Source: an uncultured Pseudomonadota bacterium (lineage in GTDB: Bacteria > Vulcanimicrobiota > Vulcanimicrobiia > Eremiobacterales > Eremiobacteraceae). Taken from it: a DNA stretch of 64,000 nucleotides. Location: contig CAVTNB010000001.1 in assembly GCA_963736005.1 (NCBI GenBank), positions 896,001-960,000 on the forward strand. The letters run 5' to 3'. The position numbers were made by a program, and so were the translations under genes. This document shows positions 30,606 through 40,414 of the stretch, piece by piece. How positions within the stretch are numbered: position 1 is the first letter of the stretch; every line of letters begins with the position of its first letter. Below the pieces are notes generated by a model. That model had not been told where the DNA came from and searched no databases. It worked only from the letters and a program-made list of their open reading frames with translations.

Positions 30606-30736
30606 TCGCGCGAACTAGCGTAGTCGCTCGAACTGGTGTAGGCGCGCGTGTAGTCGCACGAACTGGTAAGCGCGCGTGTAGTCGCGCGAATTTATTCGCG
30701 CGGAAAGAGAGAGCGGACCTAAAGGTCCGCTGCTAC
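30602..30736. repeat. Degenerate class C tandem array (+) and class D REP (-) between convergent genes
   Basis: gtag/gtaa-led units at 30602, 30620, 30638, 30650, 30666; intact C at 30678-30702; D agcggacctaaaggtccgctgctac 30712-30736. Confidence 0.88.
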
Positions 30737-31062
30737 ATAGCCTGCGGGGTGACGTTCTTCAGTTTCGGACTAGCGGCGGGGTCGAAATACTCCGCCACAA
30801 CCTCTCGTGGGCAAAAGCGAACGAAGAGCATCGCGAGCAGAGCGAGGAGCGCAACGTCATCGAAGGCTCCGAGGATTGGAATGTCGCTCAGCACGTCAAC
30901 TGGCGAGATGACCAACAAGGCTCCAAGACCTGTCAACATCTTGAGACTCGACGGGACCCGGCGATCGAGGAAGAGACGTCCAAGTTTTGCGGCGTGCTTG
31001 CGGATGCCCCAGAAGAATTTCATTCGAAGAAAAAGGGATATCATACCGCGTTCATTCGGCAT
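30733..31062 (-). CDS. DUF1232/YkvA family membrane protein
   Basis: DRRVP, SPVDVLSDIPILGAFDD. Confidence 0.85.
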   Translation of the reverse strand: MPNERGMISLFLRMKFFWGIRKHAAKLGRLFLDRRVPSSLKMLTGLGALLVISPVDVLSDIPILGAFDDVALLALLAMLFVRFCPREVVAEYFDPAASPKLKNVTPQAM

Positions 31063-31068
31063 GACAAT

Positions 31069-32589
31069 TTACGCATCCCGTGCGAGCGTGAGATCTTTGA
31101 GCAGCGCTCGCGCGCCGCGCACGCCAGGAGCACCGGACACACAGCCGCCCGGGTGCGTCCCAGAGCCGCACAGGTACAGTCGAGCGAGCGGCGTTTTGAC
31201 CGAGAAACGATCTTCGAAGATTTGTCCAGGCAAGAGCTCGCCATGAAAAATGTGGCCTTTTGGCAAGCCGAAGCGTTTTTCAAGATCTGCCGGGGTGAAA
31301 AGCTGCATGCCTTCCACGGCCTTTGGAACATTCGGTGCGTACAGACCGATTATCCTAATGATGTTCTCCGCCGCCATCTGTCGACGCTCATCTGACCAAG
31401 CCCCATCTGTGCGAGCATACGGGTAGTATTGCGCAAAGATTGACAAGAGATGCTTACCTGGCGGAGCCAACGTTGGGTCGCTCGGCGTCTGAAGGAAGAT
31501 TTCCAACATTGGCTCGGATGATGGTAAACCGCCTGCGGCTTCTTCGTACGCCCGCTGCAAGTAATCGATGTCCGGCGCGATGTGTATCGTTGCGTTGAGA
31601 TGACCATCGGCGGCAAGCCCCGGCCGGCACGTGAAATTCGGCAGCTCTCCGAGGGCGAGGTTCAGTTTGAGCGAGGGGCCATCGCAACGCCACTGCTCGA
31701 CCCGGTTGATGAAGTCAGCGTCGAGCGCGCTTCGTGGGACCAGGCGCAAAAAGGTGGTGAGTGGATCCGCGTTTGAGAGCACCGCTTCGGCTTCAATCTC
31801 CGTGCCGTCAGCGAGAACCACTCCTGCTGCCCGGCGGTTGCGCACGAGCAGCGAGGCTACCGCGGCACTCGTTCGGATCTGTGCGCCGCTCTGCCGGGCC
31901 GAGCTTGCTATGGCTGCAGAAATCGATCCCATACCGCCGCGGACGTAGCCCCAGGCTCCCTGAATTCCCATGGCCCGTCCGGCGTAGTGGTGGGCGAGGA
32001 CGTACCCGGTGCCAGGGTTGCGCGGTCCTTCGAACGTACCGACGATGCCGTCGTTAGCAATGGCAGCGGCCAGCATCGGCGTTTCGATGTAGTGCTCGGT
32101 GAACTCCGCTGCGGAACCGCGAAACATTGCTTGGGCCTGCGGCGAGAGCCGATCGAAGCGCGGATCCGCGTCAAAAAACGAATCGTAAATTTCGCGTGCA
32201 TACCGACACAGAAGCTCGTCGAGCGAGGCGAGACCGCTCACATCGGATCGTGAGAATGCGCCGACCTCACGCGCCGTTTGTTCGCGGTCGCGTGAGAGCA
32301 GGAGCGATCGGCCATCAAGCGTGGCGGTGAACGAACTTGGATTCTTCAAGTAGGCGTGGTACCCGTGAGACTCAAGCTCCAAGTCGTGCACGATGTCTGG
32401 ATGCAAGAGGCTCACGACGTATGAGGCGGCAGACACCGTCCAGCCGGGCCAAGGATGCTCGCTCACCGCAGCACCTCCGATAACTTCGCTGCGCTCGAGC
32501 ACGAGCGTCGCGAGCCCTGCCTTGGCGAGGTAGGCAGCAGCGACCAGCCCGTTATGGCCGGCACCGACTACGATCGCATCGTATTTCAT
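31069..32589 (-). CDS. Second phytoene desaturase-like FAD oxidoreductase
   Basis: VGAGHNGL, GGMG, YLCGSGTHPGG; start MKYD after GAGGAG. Confidence 0.88.
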   Translation of the reverse strand: MKYDAIVVGAGHNGLVAAAYLAKAGLATLVLERSEVIGGAAVSEHPWPGWTVSAASYVVSLLHPDIVHDLELESHGYHAYLKNPSSFTATLDGRSLLLSRDREQTAREVGAFSRSDVSGLASLDELLCRYAREIYDSFFDADPRFDRLSPQAQAMFRGSAAEFTEHYIETPMLAAAIANDGIVGTFEGPRNPGTGYVLAHHYAGRAMGIQGAWGYVRGGMGSISAAIASSARQSGAQIRTSAAVASLLVRNRRAAGVVLADGTEIEAEAVLSNADPLTTFLRLVPRSALDADFINRVEQWRCDGPSLKLNLALGELPNFTCRPGLAADGHLNATIHIAPDIDYLQRAYEEAAGGLPSSEPMLEIFLQTPSDPTLAPPGKHLLSIFAQYYPYARTDGAWSDERRQMAAENIIRIIGLYAPNVPKAVEGMQLFTPADLEKRFGLPKGHIFHGELLPGQIFEDRFSVKTPLARLYLCGSGTHPGGCVSGAPGVRGARALLKDLTLARDA

Positions 32590-32630
32590 GCTCCTCGGTT
32601 GGGCGAGACAAGCTAGGAGACCTCGACGAC

Positions 32631-32686
32631 GGGCGACTTTACAGTCGCCCACTACAGACGAGGGGCGACTTTAGAGCCGCCATTAC
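32631..32686 (-). repeat. Tandem class B REP pair
   Basis: gggcgactttacagtcgcccactac 32631-32655; degenerate copy 32662-32686. Confidence 0.85.
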
Positions 32687-32788
32687 AAGGGGAGGGTCGG
32701 CGTCACACTGTTTCTCATGGAAGTCTCACTCGGGTCTCAAACGAATCTCACGCCGATAACGTTACAATGGGAATCAGGAGCGGAACTC

Positions 32789-34306
32789 ATGAGCGCTGAC
32801 GTCCAAGTGCCCGCCGAGTATCGTCCAGCGGGTACCGTTGACCTATCGAGTGCCCTCGACGAATATCGCGGGCCATGGAATTCTCGTCTCGCTGCTCACC
32901 TGTTGCGGCGCGCGGGCTTTGGCGGTTCTCCCCAAGATATCGCAAACGCGACCGGCGCTGGAATGGATGCTACCGTCAGCCAGCTCGTTCATTTTGGACC
33001 CGATCAGCTGCCTGCGGCACCGTCGGGTGATATCACGTATCCGATGGGGCCGACGGCGGACAAAATGCAACGTCGTAACGCCTACATCCTTACGGAGATG
33101 TGGTGGCTCGATCGTTGCCTGCGTACGCAAGATCCGCTGCGCGAGCGCATGACCTATTTTTGGAGCAATCACTTTACCAGTGCCATTGGCGAAAAGGGCA
33201 TCACATCACAGATGATGGTCGATCAATTTGCGTTGTTCCGACGCTTTGCGCTCGGCAACTACGCCGATCTGACGCACGCTGTGACGACCGACCCGGCGAT
33301 GCTCCATTACCTCGACGGCATTGTCAATCGCGCGCAACATCCCAACGAAAATTACGCTCGCGAGCTTATGGAACTCTTCACCCTGGGCATAGGCAACTAC
33401 ACCGAGGAAGACGTTCGGCAAGGCTCCAGAGCATTCACGGGCTTCACCGTCTACCGCTTTGGCGGGCAAGCGGTGTTCAATCCCCAGCTCCACGACGATG
33501 GGGAAAAGACATTTCTTGGCCACACCGGCAACTTCGACGGCGACGACATTGTCAACATCATTATGGGGCAGCCGACAACAGCTCGCTTCATGGCGCGAAA
33601 GTTCTTACGCGCCTTCGTGTACGATGACCCCGAGCCCGAACTCATCGACGCGGTGGCGGCCAAGTTCCGGGAGAGCAATTACGACGTTGCGCGGCTCATG
33701 GGTCTCCTCTTGCGATCGAACGTTTTCTACTCGCCGCGCGCGTATCGCGCATTGGTGAAGAGTCCGCTCGAGTTAACGATCGGTGCATTGAAGACCCTCG
33801 GCGCTACAGAGGTCGGCGCTCGAACGCTCCAGGCGATGGCGCAAATGGGCCAAGTCCCCATGCAACCGCCAAACGTCGCCGGCTGGCCCGGTGGCAGTCT
33901 CTGGCTCAACACAGGTACGTACCTGGCGCGCCTCAACTACCTGAATCAACTCGTGTCGTTCAAGCCTGCGGCCGCCGATCAAGCGATGACCGCGATGATG
34001 TCGCAACCGCAGAGCCTTCCTCAAGGCATGGACCCAGAGATTTTCTTTGCCCCTGCCGGCCATATCGCGCCGCCTGCCGCTTGGGTTGCCGGCGCAAACA
34101 CAAGCGATCCGATGTCCGTGACGGATAGCGTCTTGAATATGGTGGTGCAAGACGACGCGACGGTAGCACAACAAGGCGACATCCTCAGCTATATCGTTCA
34201 CGACGGCGTAGGCAACCGCGTGGTGCTCAACGGCGAAAACTTCGAAGAGAAAGTACGCGGGGCGGTGAGCCTGGCAATGGCCTTGCCGCCGTACCAGCTC
34301 GCGTAA
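32789..34306 (+). CDS. DUF1800 family protein
   Basis: HLLRRAGFG, LRERMT.FW.NHF, PNENYARELMELFTLG, PPNVAGW. Confidence 0.92.
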   Translation: MSADVQVPAEYRPAGTVDLSSALDEYRGPWNSRLAAHLLRRAGFGGSPQDIANATGAGMDATVSQLVHFGPDQLPAAPSGDITYPMGPTADKMQRRNAYILTEMWWLDRCLRTQDPLRERMTYFWSNHFTSAIGEKGITSQMMVDQFALFRRFALGNYADLTHAVTTDPAMLHYLDGIVNRAQHPNENYARELMELFTLGIGNYTEEDVRQGSRAFTGFTVYRFGGQAVFNPQLHDDGEKTFLGHTGNFDGDDIVNIIMGQPTTARFMARKFLRAFVYDDPEPELIDAVAAKFRESNYDVARLMGLLLRSNVFYSPRAYRALVKSPLELTIGALKTLGATEVGARTLQAMAQMGQVPMQPPNVAGWPGGSLWLNTGTYLARLNYLNQLVSFKPAAADQAMTAMMSQPQSLPQGMDPEIFFAPAGHIAPPAAWVAGANTSDPMSVTDSVLNMVVQDDATVAQQGDILSYIVHDGVGNRVVLNGENFEEKVRGAVSLAMALPPYQLA

Positions 34307-34322
34307 TGGTGGAGAAAAACCA

Positions 34323-35546
34323 ATGACCTCTCGACGCCAATTTATCCAACAAAGCGTCGGCGCATTCACCGGCTTCCTGGCCATCGATTCCATTTTCGCG
34401 CGGGCTGCGCGAGCCGCCGGCGCGGTCACCCCGCCCGGATCGGCAGCTGGTCGCACGCTCGTGGTGGTCAATCTTCAGGGCGGCAACGATGGACTCAACA
34501 CCGTGGTGCCCTTCGGAGACCCCGAATACTATCGCCTCAGGCCGAGCATCAACGTTGCGCAAGGCGACGTCCTGCGCTTCGATAGCGGCTTGGGCCTGAA
34601 TCCAAAACTCGCGGGCATCAAAGCACTCTACGACCAGCAGCGCGTAGCGGTTCTCCAAGGCGTCCATTACCCAAATCCAAATCTCTCGCATTTTCGCTCG
34701 ACCGAGATTTGGCAAACCGCTGCACCGGACACCATCATTGACACAGGCTGGGCGGGTCGCTATCTCGACGATTCTGGTTTGCCCAAGAGCAATCTCTTCA
34801 AGGGTCTGGCCATCGGACCGATCCTGCCGAAAATGATGGTCTCGAACAAGACCGACGTGCCAACCATTGAGAACTTGCGGACGAGCGGCTTTCGAGGCGC
34901 GCGCGACGAGCAGTCATCAGCGGATCAAATCCTCAATGGCAATTCAAACGCGTATTCGTTCCAAAGTCCATACTTGCATCTCGTTCAAGAAGTAGAGCAC
35001 GACGCGAATGCGAGCTCTGCCGAGCTTCCACATCTCGTGGCAGGCTACAAGCCTGCAATCGAATACCCGGCGACGCCGTTTGCGGCGGGTCTCAATCTCG
35101 CCGCCGCGGTGATCAACTCTGGCGTTGGCACGAAGGTAATCTATGTGAGCCTCGGTTCGTTCGACACGCACGCAGCGCAGCGGGGCACCCAGGATCGCTT
35201 GCTCGATCAGTTTGCCACTGGTATGAAGGCATTTTACGACGATCTTGCCGCCCACAACTTGGATGGTCAAGTGCTCACGATGACCTTCTCCGAGTTTGGC
35301 CGGCGTGTTCAGGAAAATGCCAACCGCGGAACCGACCATGGCACAGCGGCGCCGATGTTCCTCATCGGCGGCGGGGTCAAAGGCGGCATCTACGGCGATC
35401 ATCCCAGCTTGAGCGATCTCGACTTCGGCAATCTCAAGTGGCATACGGACTTTCGATCGGTCTATGCGACGGTGCTCGAGCACTGGCTCGGGGTCTCGTC
35501 TGCACCCGTGCTTGGAGGAGCCTTCGACACGCTGACGTTCGTTTAA
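34323..35546 (+). CDS. DUF1501 family protein with Tat signal
   Basis: SRRQFI, GGNDGLNT, SHFRS, FDTH, SEFGRR, GTDHG. Confidence 0.92.
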   Translation: MTSRRQFIQQSVGAFTGFLAIDSIFARAARAAGAVTPPGSAAGRTLVVVNLQGGNDGLNTVVPFGDPEYYRLRPSINVAQGDVLRFDSGLGLNPKLAGIKALYDQQRVAVLQGVHYPNPNLSHFRSTEIWQTAAPDTIIDTGWAGRYLDDSGLPKSNLFKGLAIGPILPKMMVSNKTDVPTIENLRTSGFRGARDEQSSADQILNGNSNAYSFQSPYLHLVQEVEHDANASSAELPHLVAGYKPAIEYPATPFAAGLNLAAAVINSGVGTKVIYVSLGSFDTHAAQRGTQDRLLDQFATGMKAFYDDLAAHNLDGQVLTMTFSEFGRRVQENANRGTDHGTAAPMFLIGGGVKGGIYGDHPSLSDLDFGNLKWHTDFRSVYATVLEHWLGVSSAPVLGGAFDTLTFV

Positions 35547-35574
35547 CGATTGAGGACAGGAGCAGACTATAAAC

Positions 35575-35949
35575 ATGGAACGAAAGAAATTCATCACGAC
35601 CGCAATCGGAGCGAGCGCCATCATCGCCGCGGCAGGCGCGACGTTGGCGGCAACGCCCGCCCCCAATGCCACAGGGAATCCAGGAACCCTAAGCAATCCG
35701 TGCCTCCCCTCGCACGCTGGATTTGGGGGAGGACCGCGACCGGGCGAGAGCCCGAACCCAACCGCTGTGCTCGAGCATGCCGATCGAAACCTTGGGCGGA
35801 TCATTGAAATGCTCCAGCGCGATCCCAATGAGTACGCCGGTCACAAAACGCAGGCCATCGGGTACCTGCAGCAAGCTCTCACGCAGGTGCAAGCCGCTCT
35901 CCAATCGGCCAGCGGCGGCGCGCAAAGCCCGATCCAGTCCTCACCCTAA
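35575..35949 (+). CDS. Small secreted protein with Tat-like signal
   Basis: MERKKFI + hydrophobic stretch; GGAG RBS; helical hairpin with YAGH. Confidence 0.75.
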   Translation: MERKKFITTAIGASAIIAAAGATLAATPAPNATGNPGTLSNPCLPSHAGFGGGPRPGESPNPTAVLEHADRNLGRIIEMLQRDPNEYAGHKTQAIGYLQQALTQVQAALQSASGGAQSPIQSSP

Positions 35950-35955
35950 GGCAGC

Positions 35956-35981
35956 GTAGGGGGCGATTGGAAAATCGCCCC
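35956..35981 (+). repeat. REP class A
   Basis: gtagggggcgattggaaaatcgcccc, 6 nt after upstream stop. Confidence 0.92.
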
Positions 35982-36001
35982 TCTTTCATGAATACCCCTC
36001 C

Positions 36002-36469
36002 ATGATCAAGGCCTCGATCCGCACTTTGCGGCTGACAGATCTGCCCGTTTGGGCCGAACTGCGGCGCTCGTTGTGGCCGGATTACCTAACCGACGACGAA
36101 GTCCGAGACCACGCATCAACAGTTGCGGACCCCCAGCGGCTCGCCGCTTTTGTCAGCGAGGTTGAAGGCGATGTTGTGGGATTCATCGATGCAAGCCTAC
36201 GACAAGTTGCCGATGGGTGCGAGACAAGCCCAGTGGGATACATCGAAGGCTGGTACGTCAAGCCTGAGTTTCGAGGCAAGGGAATCGGCAGACAACTCGT
36301 TCACGCAGCTGAAGAATGGGCCCGCTCGAGGGGCTGCATGGAAATGGCTTCGGATTCTCTTCTTACCAATGTCGACGGCCAGCGTGCGCACGAACAGCTG
36401 GGCTACCGCGAAGTCGATCGCGTCGTAACGTTTCGCAAGCCGCTGCGGGAAACGCGACGGGCGACTTGA
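36002..36469 (+). CDS. Aminoglycoside 6'-N-acetyltransferase-like GNAT (AAC(6')-I type)
   Basis: LRRSLWP, DGCETSPVGYIEGWYV, EMASD motifs. Confidence 0.85.
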   Translation: MIKASIRTLRLTDLPVWAELRRSLWPDYLTDDEVRDHASTVADPQRLAAFVSEVEGDVVGFIDASLRQVADGCETSPVGYIEGWYVKPEFRGKGIGRQLVHAAEEWARSRGCMEMASDSLLTNVDGQRAHEQLGYREVDRVVTFRKPLRETRRAT

Positions 36470-36483
36470 CAGTCGCCCGCTAC
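36459..36483 (-). repeat. REP class B overlapping the GNAT stop
   Basis: gggcgacttgacagtcgcccgctac; TGA at 36467-36469 lies in the loop. Confidence 0.92.
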
Positions 36484-36504
36484 GGTTCGTTCGGGGATGT
36501 GCGG

Positions 36505-36873
36505 TTAATCTTTGTCTGCGTCGCCCTCGTTTGCGGGGACTTGGCTCAAGGGGTTGTTGGGGCAGCGTCGGCATGCATACGATGCGAGATGGCGAAAGAC
36601 CGGCCGGCTTACTTCGCGCCGCGCCGTCAGACGAAATCGCGTGTATGCGTCGTCGAATGCAGACTCAATCCGTGCGCCGTCGAAAAGGTCTCGGGTGAAA
36701 TGTTCGCAGCATGCTGAACACATTTTGTCGGTCTTAAAGAGTGGGCAACGAATGCCGTTCTCTGCATGTTCGCCGAAACGGTTCCACGCATCGGCGTTGG
36801 GCTCAACTGGGCCGTTGAGCAGATTTTCCAGTAGGTTTTCGACTGAGTCTTGCATGCTCATACGACTGGACAA
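36505..36873 (-). CDS. Cys-rich hypothetical protein
   Basis: CP..CSACC and CRRC motifs; fills the gap; start uncertain. Confidence 0.55.
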   Translation of the reverse strand: MSSRMSMQDSVENLLENLLNGPVEPNADAWNRFGEHAENGIRCPLFKTDKMCSACCEHFTRDLFDGARIESAFDDAYTRFRLTARREVSRPVFRHLASYACRRCPNNPLSQVPANEGDADKD

Positions 36874-36909
36874 GGAGTGAATTTGTGTCTCGATCGGAAA
36901 GTGGACCGA

Positions 36910-37059
36910 ATGGATGAGCAGCAGTTCACAGTCGGACAGCTCGCCGGTCCTGGTACCTATCGATGCGAAGCGTGCGGAAAAGAGACGACAGAGTTCGCTT
37001 TGTCCTTCGAAATTGAGACATGTGCATGCGGCAGTGTAACATTTCGCCGGGTCGACTAA
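36910..37059 (+). CDS. Small zinc-ribbon protein
   Basis: GPGTYRCEACG...CACGSVTF. Confidence 0.7.
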   Translation: MDEQQFTVGQLAGPGTYRCEACGKETTEFALSFEIETCACGSVTFRRVD

Positions 37060-37104
37060 TCCAAGGGCTTTTGCGCTGATTCACACCGTCTGGACCGCCT
37101 GGGT

Positions 37105-37908
37105 ATGACGCAGATCAAACTTCACACCTGGGGTGCGGGACCGCCCATCCTCTTGCTCCACGCCTTTCCTTTAAACGCCGGCATGTGGGAGCCGCAAGTC
37201 CAGGCGCTGTCGGCGGCGGCAACGCTCGTGGCGCCCGACCTTCCCGGGTTTGGAGATTCCGCGCAGGCGCCCAGCTTTGACAGCCTCGATTCATTGGCGG
37301 GTACCTTATATGACATGCTGCGCGCGCTCGGGATCGAGCGAACGGTGGTCGCAGGCTGCTCGATGGGCGGGTACTTGGCATTCGCGCTCTTACGCGCCGC
37401 CCCGAATTTCGTGACGAGGCTGGCCCTTCTCAACACAAAGCCCACTCGGGACTCCGAGCAGGCCCGCGCGAATCGCCTGGTCTTGGCGGAGCGGGTCGAG
37501 CGCGAAGGCTGCGCTTTTCTAGTCGAGGAGTGGGATCGAGGTGCACTGTCCCCGGTAACCCTTGCGAGCAAACCGGCCGTGGTCGACAGCGTTCGGGCGC
37601 TCATTCGAGAAGCGACCCCTCGCGGGGTGGCGGCTGCCCAACGCGCGATGGCCAACCGGCCCGATTCCTCGGCGCTGCTTCCACAGATTGGCATCCCCAC
37701 GTTGGTCATCCATGGGCTCGATGACCGCATCATTAGCGAGCAGGAAGCTCGCGCGATGGCGGACGGAATCAAGGGCGCACAGTTCGTTGGAATTCCCGAC
37801 GCGGCCCACCTGCCCAATCTGGAGCGACCCGAGATCGTCTCTGAAACGCTTGCACGGTTTTTCCCCTCGCAAGGGAGAAGCCTCGGCCATCGACCGTCCC
37901 CGCAATAA
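37105..37908 (+). CDS. Alpha/beta hydrolase
   Basis: LLHAFP, PDLPGFG, GCSMGG, D, HL. Confidence 0.92.
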   Translation: MTQIKLHTWGAGPPILLLHAFPLNAGMWEPQVQALSAAATLVAPDLPGFGDSAQAPSFDSLDSLAGTLYDMLRALGIERTVVAGCSMGGYLAFALLRAAPNFVTRLALLNTKPTRDSEQARANRLVLAERVEREGCAFLVEEWDRGALSPVTLASKPAVVDSVRALIREATPRGVAAAQRAMANRPDSSALLPQIGIPTLVIHGLDDRIISEQEARAMADGIKGAQFVGIPDAAHLPNLERPEIVSETLARFFPSQGRSLGHRPSPQ

Positions 37909-37917
37909 GAGAATGCG

Positions 37918-39840
37918 ATGTGCACTTTCTGCAGAGTAGTCAGGTGCTGTGTGGTCGCCGCACTGTTTGCGTTGTTGTGCCTGCGATCAGTTGAGCGCGC
38001 TTGCGCGGATGAACCAAACGCAAATGCCACGTCATTGGCCACCGCCGCGAATCCGATGACGCTTGTGCTCGACGCCCACGACGCGTCGCGCGGGATCATG
38101 CTCGCGCACCTCACGATCCCGGTCGCTCCAGGACCATTCACCTTGGTTTATCCGAAGTGGATCCCGGGGGAACACAGCCCCACCGGACCCATCTATGACT
38201 TGGCGACTCTGCGCGTGAGCGCTAACGGCGCCGGCATTCCGTGGTCTCGCGACCCGGTGGACCTCTACGCATTCCACGTGCTGGTGCCGGCAGCGACGCA
38301 GACGATCGACGTCGATTTCGAGGTGCTCCTCAATGCGCCCAACGATGAGATGTCGACAAGCCACCTTGCGATCGTGAACTGGAACCGCGATCTCGTCTAC
38401 CAAAACGACACCGATACGGGCGACGTCTACGTGAAGGCGAGCATCCTCTTGCCGGAGGGCTGGGATTTCGCCACCGCGCTCCCCATCGCACAGCACAGCG
38501 GAAACCGCCTTGACTTCGCGCAGACGACCTTGCGCACACTCGTGGACTCGCCGCTCGATTGCGGCGCTTACGCGAAGCACTACGTCATCTGGTCGAACGG
38601 CCCGGCGGTCGCCAAGCTCGACCTGTTCGCAGATGCGCCAGAGAATCTAACCATTCCGCCAGATCTGCTGACCGCGTATCGGCGGATGGTCCCAGAGGGT
38701 CTCGCGATGTACGGATCGCGCCATTGGAACGTCCATCACTCGCTCGTCGCCTTGACCGATGCGTTTCCCGAGGATGGCATCGAACATCACGAATCGAGCG
38801 ACAACCGAGCTCCGTCCGATTATTTTTCAAATCCACAGCGGGCCGTTTTCGACGGTGATTTGATCGCTCACGAATTTTCGCATTCATGGAACGGCAAGCA
38901 CCGCCGGCCGGCCGACTTGACGACGGCGAACTTCCAGATCCCGATGCAAACCGATCTGCTGTGGGTCTACGAGGGCATGAACCAATACCTCGGAGACCTG
39001 CTCACCTTCCGCACCGGCATCCGCGATCGCAAACTCTTCCCAGAACTGATCGCAGCGGTGTACGCGCAGGAGGACGCGGAACCGGGGAGGTCGGCCGATC
39101 CCCTGATCGACACAACGGTCGCAGCGCCGTACCTCTACCTCGTCCAGGGTGCCTATCCGTCGCTACGCCGCACCACGGACGATTTCTATTCCGAGGGAGA
39201 GCTCGTCTGGCTCGACGCCGACACGATCATCCGCGAGCAGACTAAGGACGCGAAGTCATTAGACGACTTCCTTAGAGCTTTCGCGGGGCCGCCAGACGCG
39301 GGGCCTGAGGTCGTCACCTACAGTCGCGACGACGTCGAGCGGCTTCTCGGCAGTGTCGCCCCGTATGATTGGCATGGTTTCTTCCAGCGCACCGTCTACG
39401 AGGTCGCGGTGCATCCGCCAGCCGACTGGTTAGAGCGCTCGGGTTACCGGCTCGTGTACACTTCCACTCCTAATATCGTTGATGCGGCAAGCGACGAGAG
39501 CGACCAGAAGATCGATGCCTGGTTCTCGCTTGGCGTCAGGCTCGACAACGATGGCACGGTCAGCAGCGTGCGCAAGCCATCGCCCGCCTGGCAATCCGGT
39601 CTTGCGCCTGGCGTCAAGATCGTCGCCGTGAATAACAGGGAGTTCCAGCCTTCCCTCCTTCTCTCGGCGATCAGCGCCGCACAGCACTCAAACGCTTCGA
39701 TCGTGCTTCTCGGAGATGATGACACATGGTACCGGAGCTATGTGCTCTCGTATCACGGCGGGTTGCGCTACCCGCACCTCGTGCGCGCTGGAAACGCGCC
39801 GGACATGCTCGCAAAGATCACCGCGCCGCTCGGGCGTTAG
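37918..39840 (+). CDS. M61 glycyl aminopeptidase family with PDZ domain
   Basis: PKWIPGEH, LVDSP, GIEH, HEFSHSWN, LWVYEG. Confidence 0.92.
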   Translation: MCTFCRVVRCCVVAALFALLCLRSVERACADEPNANATSLATAANPMTLVLDAHDASRGIMLAHLTIPVAPGPFTLVYPKWIPGEHSPTGPIYDLATLRVSANGAGIPWSRDPVDLYAFHVLVPAATQTIDVDFEVLLNAPNDEMSTSHLAIVNWNRDLVYQNDTDTGDVYVKASILLPEGWDFATALPIAQHSGNRLDFAQTTLRTLVDSPLDCGAYAKHYVIWSNGPAVAKLDLFADAPENLTIPPDLLTAYRRMVPEGLAMYGSRHWNVHHSLVALTDAFPEDGIEHHESSDNRAPSDYFSNPQRAVFDGDLIAHEFSHSWNGKHRRPADLTTANFQIPMQTDLLWVYEGMNQYLGDLLTFRTGIRDRKLFPELIAAVYAQEDAEPGRSADPLIDTTVAAPYLYLVQGAYPSLRRTTDDFYSEGELVWLDADTIIREQTKDAKSLDDFLRAFAGPPDAGPEVVTYSRDDVERLLGSVAPYDWHGFFQRTVYEVAVHPPADWLERSGYRLVYTSTPNIVDAASDESDQKIDAWFSLGVRLDNDGTVSSVRKPSPAWQSGLAPGVKIVAVNNREFQPSLLLSAISAAQHSNASIVLLGDDDTWYRSYVLSYHGGLRYPHLVRAGNAPDMLAKITAPLGR

Positions 39841-40343
39841 ACGACCTTCTTCCGGGATTTGAATTCCCACGGCGAGTTTTCTTCGCTTGCATGTCGCTGC
39901 CAACCGGGGAGCTTCTTCTTCCCAAACTTCGCGAGAATGTACACCCCGGACGCAGCCTTCCCCGCGCCGAAACCGGGCAGAGCTTTGAACCTCTCGATCA
40001 ACTCTTTGGGATTTGTCACGTCAGCCCACACGCGCGAACCATCGTTCCGGTAGTCGCGGGCGATGACTGCGCAAAGTGCACGCACCCGCGTGGCCATCAT
40101 GCCCGGGTAGCGGTGCAATGCCGGGGGTCTACGGAACACGGCCTTGAGTTTGGCAGGCGACAGAGCCGCAATTTTCTTGGCGTCGAGATGGCCGATGCGC
40201 TGGCGTAAGTCGTAGGGGCCAACAAACGCCTTCTCCGTGCGAACTTGCTGGTCGAGGCACAAACCGATGAGCAGCGCCGTGCCGCTTTTGGCAAGGAGCT
40301 CGTTCGCCTCTGAATTTGGCGTGAAAGGATAGTATGATTGCAT
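39837..40343 (-). CDS. HhH-GPD-type base-excision-repair-like protein
   Basis: LLIGLCLDQQV, PALHRYPG, LPGFG..KA. Confidence 0.85.
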   Translation of the reverse strand: MQSYYPFTPNSEANELLAKSGTALLIGLCLDQQVRTEKAFVGPYDLRQRIGHLDAKKIAALSPAKLKAVFRRPPALHRYPGMMATRVRALCAVIARDYRNDGSRVWADVTNPKELIERFKALPGFGAGKAASGVYILAKFGKKKLPGWQRHASEENSPWEFKSRKKVV

Positions 40344-40414
40344 ACCTGCGCGCCAGACGCTTTGGGGCTGAGCCTTTCATTTGCCTTTCAGCGCGGCCAT
40401 CTACAGTTTTACGC

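Noticed and set aside
30473..31246. 257-aa ORF with VVART repeats
   Set aside because: Overlaps three better-supported genes; the repeats are simply a translation of the REP array
16818..32589. Carotenoid cluster (crtI calls)
   Set aside because: Both FAD proteins resemble the uncharacterised PYROXD2-like group and no crtB/crtE is nearby
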